From assembly GCA_965153455.1 (NCBI GenBank), contig OZ234493.1, positions 22,372,213 to 22,436,212 of the forward strand: 64,000 nucleotides of DNA. The letters run 5' to 3'. This DNA comes from Sphagnum compactum (taxonomy: Eukaryota). Below the pieces are notes generated by a model, which saw nothing but the letters and a program-made list of their open reading frames with translations, did not search any database and was not told where the DNA came from. The first letter of the stretch is position 1. Each line of letters opens with the position of its first letter. Below are positions 52,301 to 64,000 of this stretch, piece by piece. The position numbers and the translations under genes were made by a program.

Positions 52301-55300
52301 TATTTCCAACATTGGATCAGCCCAAATTATAAGTTTGAAGACAAAGTAAATTTGCTACACTATATGTATGTATGATTGAATTTAAAAAATCAAGAGGAGT
52401 TTTGTACCTACTGGAAATCTAGGGTTGAAAACGTTTCCCAAATTGCCCAAATCAATTTAGGATGTGCTAGTTCCAATAGCCATTAAAAAGAAAAGAAATT
52501 CAAAAATATATAATATTATTCTTTAAAAAATTAGAAAATTCCCACACATGGAATTACTCTATTATCAATTAACCTAGTGGAATCCAATTTGTGAAATTAC
52601 TTTGATTAAATTCCATTTTTAGGTATTCAAAGAAGTGGTTGCTTGTAGGTTTTTTTATTTTGTTGACCATGCATGAAGTGGTTTAAATTTATTTTGCAGG
52701 TGATTGTTGTGTAGTTGACAAAATACGATTCTTTGCACATCCTTAAGCTAAGTATAACCTTGGGTGGTATTTGGCTTATAATGGTTGAAGTCAATAGCAC
52801 TTAACAATTACCATATTGGCTAAACTAATGCATAAGCCTTTCGATACCCTACTTGATGTCCGATTCCATGTTTGTAAGGACTTGAAACCTTTGGTCACCA
52901 AATATGACTAATTGATTAAATCAAATGACTAAACAATAAAGTTGGTGTTTTTGAAATAGTATGTGAGTATACTATATACAATAAAAACACTAATTCATGA
53001 TGTTATTGTATCCTCATTGAGACATACTAATTATTTAATTAATTAAATATAGACTACTTATCAGTTGACTAATCACCTTCTAGCACCAATTAATCAATAA
53101 GCCCACCTTTTGGAACAACCCCACTTTTGTCCAAGTAAGGTGAAAAGCTTTTAACAACAACCTAACCTTAGACAAGGGCACACCCATTGCTCTCTTTGAG
53201 GGATATCACCTATGTTGTTTCTCATTTTCACACTTTTATGTGTTGGGTCCCAAGCAAGGTATAGTACTCCCAAAAGAAGAGGCTTAGGTTGAGGTGGTAG
53301 GTACCAATGTTTACCATACCTATAAGGTTTGGGTTAGGTTCTTAACAAACTAATATTCCGACATTTAATGTCTTTGTAGTTTTCTTGACAAACACCATTT
53401 TGTTAATGTGAGTTAGAGGTATTCCAATAAATATCAGGCTACATATATGGGAGTCAAATTGCAGTTTTAAATTAGGGCAAACATGTCCATCACCAAACAC
53501 ATGCCTATTATGGAATGTCTTTATAGTTCAAAATCAAGCCGGTCAATGGACGCACATGTCCATTCCACCATTCAATATTGTGCCTATGACTAAATGCCTA
53601 ATCTTGCTTGAAATATTGTGTTCACTATTTTTTCAACATTCACCTAGAAAGTGGATATTTTGTTTGTTTATGGGTGTGGATGGAAGCTAGTGTAATTTTT
53701 GTTACCACCCTTATGTGTGGTCATGTATGGTGATGGGGTGTGAGTTTTCACATTCTAATGCGTAAAACTAAAAATAAATAGGGTGGAATATAGTGGGTTG
53801 AAATTTTGAGCATTTTGGTTACGGATGTGATTTGGGCCATTTTTAAGAAATTAACAAGCAAAGCCAATGTTATGTTTGATAGTGGGAGTGAATTTGGCCA
53901 ATATTTACATAGTTATAATAACACAAGCAAATGAAATGTGTGATTATGAAGGTGATTTGGGTTGATTTTAAGAAATTATATCAAAACAAGCAAACACAAT
54001 GTTCAATTATGGGGTTTGATTTGTCACATTAATAGGTGTGGAACTGACCATAAATGAACAAAATCCCTAACAATCTTTCAATGCACAAATATCAACAAAG
54101 GCAATTAAACATAACAACAAATAGCCCTAACACAATATGATCACAATAGGGATCATGCTTGATTTTGGAAGGAATGTTAGTAGTTGTTTTCACACTTGGT
54201 GTTAGCACCTCCCCAACACCTCTAATGATAAGCACCCTAACACCTTAGTAGTCATTGTAAAAATGTCATCTGGCATGTTGTTTTTCTACCGTCATGATTG
54301 ATGGTAGTTAGCATTAGATTTTTATTTCGCACTCACAATGCCATATTACAATATCCATAAAGTTTAACCTACCTTTACGTATGATGATTCACATATAGAA
54401 TCATCACATGAAAGGATATAACATTTGATAGTTTTTCAATTTTCTAGTTGCATCATGGCAACACTTTGAAGGCATGGAACACCATTTCCTTTGACACCTT
54501 TATGGTGGTGGTGTCATCTCCTCCATTCATTTGTTCAAGAATGGACATGTATTGTTGTATTTGAAAATACCAATATAATACTAAAATGATACATGTCTCC
54601 TTTATGACCATTGATAAACTATATTATTATAATTTTCACATGCTTAATCTCAACTATATATATATATATATATATATATTACCAAATATAATGAAAGGTA
54701 GTGGCTCCCCAATGCATATAAAAGTTAAGATATTTTGTTATGTGGACAAAAAATGTGACATTTCATCGTAATCCTAACATCCTAGGGGCCCCTTGTATAT
54801 AAATTAATGAATTAGGTTCTCAAAAGATGCATGTTATGATAAGTGTAGTCATAGTAACACATACCGTGACAATTGTAACTTTTTTTTGGTTTTTCATGTT
54901 TTAAAATCAAACATTGTATTAATGTTGTAAATATTTAATGTGTTTACATGACAATGTTATAAATATATTATGAAAAACATTGCTTTGATTTGGAACAAAT
55001 TTAATGAGGATAATTTACCCATAAACTCATCAAGCATTTATTTTTGGGGAGATTCCTAGAACATGACATATGTTGGGGGAGGTTTTTAAACAAATATTTA
55101 GATAATAATATAATGAATAATCTTTTAAGGCCATAAGATTTTGTAATGATTGTTTTCAACTTACAAATGAAACATTTTAAAAATATTCCATTGATGAGCA
55201 CTTACATAGGCCACAAGGTTGGTTCATGCTAGTGTGGAAGCACCCTATCATCTTATTAACTAGTATTAACTAATGTTAGTTGAAGATCCCATTTGGATGG

Positions 55301-57835
55301 AACCATTAAACATAAATATTTCTTTAGGTGGACAAATATTTCCTCCTCATAATTTACTCACAACACCACTTTAAATAAATTCCATGAAATTATGTTGGTA
55401 TGCTTTTAACCTTCTTGATTTGGATTACAAGATTTTCAATTTTGTTTCACAATTTTCATGTGGTTGCTAGCTATTCACATATTCATTACATTCCAACTTA
55501 AAGAAAGATTTTTATTTGGATAGTGTTTTTCAAACATTTAAGCAAATCAACATCTCATGACACTTCACTCTTGGTTACATGTAATTCTTTTGATTCCTCA
55601 TATGTTTTGTTATCTTCTCCTCAAAAACAAATTCCATCTGTTTCCCTAACAACACAACATTTTGATGATGTGTACAATCATTGAACCCATGTAGTTTGAT
55701 TCTTTGGTAGCATTGTTGTCTCCTCCTCACAACAGTTTTTAAACCACTAACCTTTAATCATTATGCTTATTCATTTGCTCCATTTCTTTTTTGTTTGCTC
55801 ATTTATTTATTTGCTAAATAAATTTCTTTCATTTTAAAAATGATTTGTTGTGCATTCAATGGTTCATTTGGCACCTAGTGTATGTGTTACTTTTTTTTCT
55901 TATGCAATGTTCATGCTAAATTTGACCATCATTGCATCAGCACAATTCTAGTTTCTTTTTAATTATTGTAGTTGCAAATTACACATCAATTATTTTTGAT
56001 TGTATGTTCATGTGTTATTTAAGGAATTTTAATGTATTTAATTAAAAAAATTGGGTTCAAACAGAATGACACATAGTTGCAAGTCCTTAAAATATTTTTA
56101 TATGGTGCCCTTTCCAATATATTATGAAAGCACATGAAATAATTTGGATTGAATCTAATGACTATAGAATACTCAAAACCATGCATAAAACACTATAACT
56201 AATATATTTGTTTTAAATTTTCTTAAAGAAATTAATTTTTTTTCAAAATTACATAATCATGTACAATAATTTGTCACACCTTTACATAATAGTTTGATAA
56301 TATCATGACCAAGAAAAATAATATTTTCGGCCACAATCTGAAATCACAATCAAATGAAATCAACAAAATTATTAATTAAAGACCACACATGTCCTTTTGT
56401 AATCATTTTGAATTTTTCCTAGAAAGGAATTTTTGAAAGATTTTCTTAGCAACTTGTTATTAAATATGCCTAAATTTGCACTAATACATTATCTGTTATG
56501 TTTCGATGATTGTTGAGTATGGATGAAATTTAAAAGTGTGCAAATTTTTGTTTCATTTTGAAAAATGATCATAATATTAAATCATATCAAAATATGATAT
56601 GTAATTTAGGCTTTAATTTCTTTTATTATAAGCTACACCTTTGTTTGTATGTCATGTACATTCACTTCGTTTTCATATCATACACGATTCTTAGAATTCT
56701 CAAATTTTGAAACATACTTTGAATTTTAAAAATCTTTAAAATTATGAGCTCTATTTTAGTGTGGGTAGTAGGTTACTATCATCTCAATTATTTTAACCAT
56801 CAATTTTTTGTTATTAAGAAAGTTATTAGCTAGTCCTTTGAAATGTCCTTATTTGATGTAGGTGTTTAAATTCAAAATTACAACCAAAACTTGAAATCAA
56901 ATTGTCTTTTCTACATTTATAGTTTATTTATCACCTTGGCATCTTTGACACTACTTTCATTATTTGTAAAAATGTTGTAATTTTCAAAATTACTATTCTC
57001 AAATAGCCAAATTTGTGAAAGAAAATACATAACCTTTTGGAATATTCAAGAAAATTTTATTTTTGACACACAATTTTCAAATTTTAATAATTATTCTACA
57101 AACGTGTGGTGAAGCCATTTTTCATTACATTAATCAAATGTATTCAAATAATCTTGAAAATATTATGAATATATTAAATCATGTGTGCAACCCATACAAC
57201 ATATTCATGATATAATCCCATGAATATGTTATATGGGTTGCAACTTTCTTTCATTGTATGTCATTAATTAATTAAATCCATGAGAGGATGAATGACTTAT
57301 TATCATAAAAATATGAAATTCCATTATAATCACAAATATTTAGTTAAAATATTAATTTTTGTTAGGCCAAGGTTTTGAAAGAACATCCCAAGATGGGATG
57401 TTGACATTAACAAAAATTCCCAACTCTAAACACCCCTTAGTAGAATTTCAAATTCATGGGCATTTTGGTTCAAGGATGACCTATGTTTGGTCAATAATAA
57501 AAACTCACTTAGATAATGCCAATGATGACAAATGATGCGGAATGATAAAAAGATGAGAATGTTAACAAGGAATGACAAAATGGCAACAAACAATATTGGG
57601 GTGTTGAAAATGCACTTTGGAAATGTTGGGTGCGCTAGGTTAGATATGATTTTAAGAAAAAAAGTAATAGGAGGCACCATTATGGTGAAGGTTAAAGCCC
57701 TTAGGACGATGGATATGATGTTAGAGGGCACCAAAGGCACTAAAAATCACATAGTGGATGTTATAAACACAAGGTTTGAAAATATTTTGCATTATATATT
57801 TTATCAAACTAAAGGCCATTGGGAAACATGGTGTA

Positions 57836-58392
57836 CTGACACGAAACAACTAAGTCTACATGACATCCTAAACCAAGATGAGAACATGAGCATGCCTAGT
57901 TTCAAATTTAGATCACGAAACAAGCAAAACACGAACAAAAACACAACATGTGCAAGACGAGAATCCAATAGGACTCTATTGTAAGAACAAAACAAGAACA
58001 TAACAAGTTTATGACAAACTACAATAGGCACAAAATAACCAAATTTACAAGATTTCTTAAACCAAGACGAGAACACGAGCATGTCTAATTCCAAATTTAG
58101 ATCATGAAATGAAAGAAAACAAGAATGAGATCACAACATGTGCAAAAAAAGAATCCAATAGGATTTTATTGCAAGAACAAAACAAGAACAAAACAAGGTT
58201 ATGACAAACTATAATGGGCACAAAACAACCAAGTCTATAAAATATCCTAAACCAAAACAAAAACACGAGCATGCCTAATTCCAAATCCAAATCGTAAAAC
58301 AAGAGAAACAAGAACAAGAACATGACATGTGCAAGATAAAAATTCAACAAGATTTTATTGCAATAATGAAACAAGAACAAAACAAGGTTGTG
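57836..58392. repeat. About 190-bp tandem repeat, 3 diverged copies
   Basis: Anchor GAGCATG.CTA.TT.CAAAT occurs at 57888, 58077 and 58267. Shared blocks are ACATGTGCAA..AATCCAATAGGA and AACAAAACAAGAACA. Confidence 0.88.
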
Positions 58393-59539
58393 ATTAAAAA
58401 AATAAATGCCCAAAATTAGTTAATTGGAAGTGAACTAAGATTTAACTAAAACTTAATTGAAAGTTAATTAGAAGTGAATTGAAAATGAAATAAAGGATAA
58501 CTATAAGTGAATTAAAAGTTAATTAGAAGCTGGCTGAAAATTAACTAAGAATGAATTGAAATTAAATTAAGAGTTTGGTACAAGTTAATTACAAATTATG
58601 AATGAACCTTTAAATGAATGAACTCCATGGTGTTGGCATCTATGACACATGGTGGGAACGACATGGGGACATTGGAAAGGCCCAATTTTTTTATTAACTC
58701 AATGAAAGGTGCAAAAATGGACATCATGGGTGCTAGGAATGTTAATGTTTCAATATGTGAAAATTAAATTTCATATTCTAAAATCAATGAAAATGAAAAA
58801 TGATTTCATGAAGAGTCAATATGATTTTTAATTACGAATGTTTAATAACTAGTTATCTTTTAAATATGATTTTGAATTAAATTTGAATATTTTGACCTTA
58901 TGTCAATTGATCATCACTAGTAGTGTGAAACAATGCAAAACCCAAGTTAGTTATTAATAAAAATTCATAAAAAACTATTAATTATTTTATTTAATAATTA
59001 TTTAATAATTTAGAACTAACTAATAATGAACTAACGAACTAATGAGTTATAGGTTATTATTATTATTCATTATTACCTAATTAATTAATGTAACTCTTAG
59101 TAGTTATTACATGTTAAATATAGTACCTAGGTAATAAGTAGCCCTACCCACCTATTCACCTTATTATGTAGCCTACTTAGCCAATCCACAATATACATAA
59201 AATGTGTATTTAACATGCCATAAATACCACATAAATACACGAATCTATAAACATGTCCCTAATATATTCAAAAGCACCTTAATATTCTTGAAAGGTATAG
59301 GTACACCACATAAAAATAACCAAGTTGTGACTAATTTTACAACTGATTTGACATAGAAGTTTCTTATTGAACATAAAGCCCAAAAAATTAATCAACGTGA
59401 AAGAATGGAAAACCTAGTAGTCATAAACTAGTAACACCAAAATCACAAGAAAAATAATAGATTGAAAAAGATGATGACTAGTTGTAAAAATGACAAAACA
59501 TAATTGCAAATGACAATTACTTGCATATAGTCACAAATT

Positions 59540-59900
59540 GGATGGTCGAATAATATAAGATTTCTTTTAATGGTCATATCTTGTATAGTCGTAGTCAATA
59601 ATCTTGATTGTGTTTGGTACTTGCCATGTAATCATACATGTCTTTCTAAAGTCACTTGAGTTATAAAACCCCACTTGTCCTTACAAGTTGAACCATTCTT
59701 CAATCGCTTTGAACAACCCACATTCATGACAATTGTTGAGATTTTCTTCTACTTGGTGATTATAGTTTCAAATTGGTTTCAAATGTCCACTTTTTCAAGG
59801 TTTGTGTCAAATTGCTTTTAATTGTCCACTTTATCAGGGATTGTGATGTGTTCATCCTTCTTGGCTTTAACAAAAATAATCTAGACTTCACCATGTTCCT
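59540..59900 (-). pseudogene. Decayed Myb/SANT-like (trihelix) domain fragment, probably transposon-derived
   Basis: The minus strand reads KNGSTCKDKWG..DFRK..DYMASTKHNQDY across frameshifts, resembling the trihelix C.DKW motif. Confidence 0.5.
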
Positions 59901-62323
59901 AATGGATTGATGAAATTTCCTAACAATTTTTACTGTTATAGTTGATTCAGAATTATGATTAACAATTTTATCTTTTTTTTTTTTTTTTGTTGCACTAGTT
60001 GTTTAATCATTGGGGTGTGCATGTGGGTGATTTAAAAAACAAAATTTAGGTATGAATCTAACAACTATGATTTGTGATTTATACATAAAAGTTATTGTGA
60101 TACCTAGTTTTCACTTTGTAGTTTCTGTTTTTTACTATAGAATTCAAGAATAAAAAACTAGGTGGAGGTTTTACAATCCTTTGAATGTTTAATGTCTTCA
60201 TAGTTAGAAATGATGGTGTCAAATAATTCCATGGTGTGACAATGCAATGAATCACAACATCAACATGATTAAAAGGTTTCATGAACACACATTGCATTCT
60301 ATAGGTGAAAGCAAGTGTTAGTATGGTGGAAATGATGAGGTTCATGCAAATTGGCACATATGGCAAGGTGGTGTAGGTGCATGCAATTCTTCAATATGGT
60401 GTGTAAATGAAAAAGAAATGGTTTGTAAAAACATACAAAGACAAATGGAGATAAATGTATGCTTTGAATGTGATGTACAAAAGACATGGCATGCATTAGT
60501 TTGTAATGAAATGTAGAGGTGGAAGACAATTAGAACCCTGAGGTAGTGTGAAATTGGTTGGGAACAATGGAAAGTTACTCAAATGTTGCCTTTTAGGGTG
60601 CTATGGAACATTGTTTTTTTTTTTTTGTAAATCTAAGAATTTACAATTTTGTGTTAACCTAAATTGGCGTACCATTGCCATACAAGATTCAATTAACATC
60701 AAGTGCCATAAGTGATGCCATGTAATATTTTTGTGTCAATGATTATTTTTGTTGTGAATTGGTGAATAAAGTTACTATCTTTCCAAACATTGAATTAATC
60801 CATATTTATTAGTGTTGTCTATTGTTTGATTGTGAAAGGAACCTTTAGTTTTAATACTCCTTAGCTTTTTTTTTGGTTTGATAAAACCTTTGGTATAGTT
60901 TTGAATTTTTTTTTTAGATTTATAAAATCTTCAATTCCAAAAATAAATAAATTAAATTGGAGCTCGGTCTAGTTTAAGATCAAGTTCAATTTCATCTACA
61001 TTACACCCAATTAAAATTAAAAACTTCCTTAAACAGGTGCACATGCTCGTGGATTGGGGTATTAGTGTAGGAAATAAAAAATTATTAAGAAAAATAAATC
61101 TTGATAGACAATGAGACAATTTTTTCCCTTTTGGAAGGAAGGGGGTCAATTTTATTGGTTTGCTTTATGGAAAATGGGAAAGGGGAAACCAATGATATTG
61201 TATGTAATTCATTGAAGGTGGAACTAGTGAATTGGTAGCCACCTACACATTAGTTCACTTGTCGTTCATTTAATTAACACATCTTTCCATTAAACATATT
61301 ATAATATCTAGTCCAATTTGACATTGATTATATATATTTTTAAATGTTGAATTTCTTTTGAAGGAAAATACAAAAATTGATTATTTAGGAATACATCATT
61401 TGTTGAAGTGGCCAAACTATTATGATATGTAATGATAAATTTTTTTTTTACAAATTTCCATTATAATTTGTCCTTTCATCACAAATTTAAAAGCTTTATC
61501 AATTTGTTTCAAATTCATACAAAATATGTTATTTCATGGGTTTATGTTTTTTGTGCACAAATGTTGTGCGTTTAAAACATGTATAATACATATATAAGTA
61601 GGATGAAATTTTTTCATTCACATAAAAATATTTTTCCATGTGGATGAAAATATTTCACCCTACTTATACATGCATCATACATGTTTTAAACACACGACAA
61701 CCATGCACAAAAAAAAGAATCAATGAATGAATGATTTTTGCATATTTCAATATCAAATCATGGGATGGGAGGTTTCTAATGTTAGCGATGATCACAACCA
61801 TCTCACATCCTTGCAAGTTAAACATTGACCAAAATACATGGATAAGAAAGTTGTGAATCAAACTATGAGTTACCATTTTTTTAAGGGAAAATTTTTATTT
61901 TAAAAGATTTTAAAAATTCTTTAATTACAAAGCTTGAACTAATTTTCCCAACATCAATTATATTCACATTTCCAAAATAATGACTATTTTTACAACAAAA
62001 GAATTGTGATGACACTTTCTATTACTTGGTTATCATCACAATTTTTCATGGAAAAATTGTGATGACATCAAGGTAATAACAAATAATCCTTAAAATAAAA
62101 AAAAATGTTTAATTTACCTTAATATTAAATCAAAATGTGTTGATACAATCTCTTTCTTCTTTTTGTTTGATGATATAACATGCATCCAACACCATCACAA
62201 TTTATCCCATAAGGTTTGTCCAAAGTTGAATTATGACAACTTAAAAAACAAGTTTTGATTGTTATAGTTAAAAAAAGCTTTGTACTTATAGTAGACTAAC
62301 TAGTGACCAAACACTTAAGCGCT

Positions 62324-62881
62324 CAGGGTAGGCCGAATCCAAAAGGAGAGTTCCATTAATTTTTTATGTCCAAACAAAATTTGAATTATTCTTCTTGACG
62401 CATCTGACACACTAACAATTGTCAAAACAAATTAAAAATGAAAAAATTATGACCTTTCAAAGTAAAGCGAGTGAAAAACTCAAAGAAACAAACCACTAAA
62501 CATTACAAAGGCCGATTCCCAAACATAAAAAATTCTTGTATGTTGCTATTAGAGTTCAAAGCTGACTTGTAGAACTTCAGGTGGCATTTCTGTAACATTT
62601 TTAATCATTTAAAATGCAAAAAAAGAGAGAGAAAGTTATGAGGTTTGAAAGTAGGAAGGGTCCAAAGAGAAGGGAAAAAAATAAATCTCATTTTGTAAGT
62701 TGGAAAGATTATTTTTCTTCTTTTCATTACTCCTTTTCATTTGCACTTTCAAAATGATTTCTAGAGCTTGAGGTAGCGTTCCCATAACATTTTAAATCAC
62801 TCAAAATGAAGCACATATGATGGGGATATAAATAAGTGTCCAATCATAGGCAGGCGATTGATGATGGGTCGGCCTACCCTA
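62324..62881. mobile_element. Non-autonomous TIR element (hAT-like MITE), about 560 bp
   Basis: Perfect 12-bp inverted repeat AGGGTAGGCCGA (62325-62336) / TCGGCCTACCCT (62869-62880). The termini read (C/T)AGGG. Flanks TAAGCGCT / TAAGACTA form an imperfect 8-bp TSD. Confidence 0.75.
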
Positions 62882-64000
62882 TAAGACTAAAGAGCGTAAA
62901 CTTGTTTTAAAAGGGATATCAACCTAGTTCATGTCGAAGTCTCAATTTCAGCAAGGTGCAAATTCTGCAATCCGAATCCAAATCAAGTTTCAAAAAAAAG
63001 TCAAAACCGTTGGTCCACATACCCCCAAAGCCTAACTTAAAGCATAGACTTAAACTTGCTCAATACCTTGAACCTACCAACACTACCTAGTGTTCACCAC
63101 CAAATGTGCTTGCTACTTAAGAATATAACATTTCTTGGTAACAAACATTGAATGAATATTATTAGGAAAGAGCAAGAAATATCTTCACAGGCAACAATGG
63201 AATCAAAGGTACCTAAACTCATAATTTTGCATTATCAAGTTTCAACAACAAAGGGCATAATGCCACACAAAGGGCATTTGCAAGCCTTGGGGCCAATGTT
63301 CCAGCATTTATTAGTAACTTGGGGCCAAACAACAAGCCAAAAATGCTCAAAGTTGGCCCCAAGTTTTTTCAGCCCTGACTCCTAGTGTAAAGCCTGAGTG
63401 AGCTTCATATTCATCAGATTAGAACATAAGTTGTCTTCACCAATTGCAAATTGAAGGGCGTTTGGAATTGGGTTGGAATTGGGGCATGAAAAAGGGTTAT
63501 GTAGTTGTGTAGCTTGAAAAGGATTTTAATTGAAACACCTCCGCACTTGAGGTAACTTCAATGTTTTGTATGAATCATTATTTGAGGTGGTGAGATTGTT
63601 TGGGGGATTTTGATGCCCTAATGAACTTCTCTCTCACTCCTAATAATCAGCAACTTTTGCTGGAAAATTTGTAACCATCTCAAAACAATTGGCTCCAACA
63701 GCCTCAAAATTGAACACTTCAAAATTTTGATACCTAGTTGAGTATAAGTATTAATTATACTTCAAATTCATAGCGATAAACCCAACTTACTACAAGGAAT
63801 TGCATAGAAATCTTTAAGGATTATAGTTTTTAAATCTTGAAATTTGTTTAAACCCACATGAAGGATGAATGCTAAGTGACCAGGAAACAGTATTCTGTTG
63901 GGTTCCAGTTCCCTAGCTAACCATGGTGGTTAACTTAGTTACTTTTTTTCAACCTACCTACTAACAACCCACAAGCAGGTTGTTAGTAGGTAGGTAGTAA

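Noticed and set aside
50000-57400. Scattered coding-like fragments in AT-rich DNA
   Set aside because: Too degraded to assign. They are probably old transposon debris, with no supportable motif.

Overview
Eukaryotic land-plant nuclear DNA. A moss such as Sphagnum is my inference from gene style and repeat content, not something verified. The window is AT-rich and full of decayed transposons. It has two apparently intact spliced genes on the minus strand: a VFB/SKIP2-type F-box/LRR gene (66-1784) and a DUF1005-family gene (31306-32921). There are two recognisable pseudogenes. One is a 4-exon RSRC2/SMAP-domain gene (23871-25531). The other is the most notable feature: a GC/CpG-rich secreted flavin-dependent oxidoreductase with no CDS intron (10175-11598) that resembles the fungal amine-oxidase/CpaO family. 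It carries one homopolymer frameshift and one internal stop, and is a candidate fungus-to-plant horizontal transfer. The rest comprises a decayed PIF/Harbinger element, three MITEs sharing its TIR, a Helitron/Helentron-like helicase-plus-endonuclease relic, two convergent hAT relics, small CACTA-like and hAT-like non-autonomous elements, minisatellites and a fold-back hairpin. No rRNA, tRNA or CRISPR was found. All family calls come from motif recognition by eye, without database searches.
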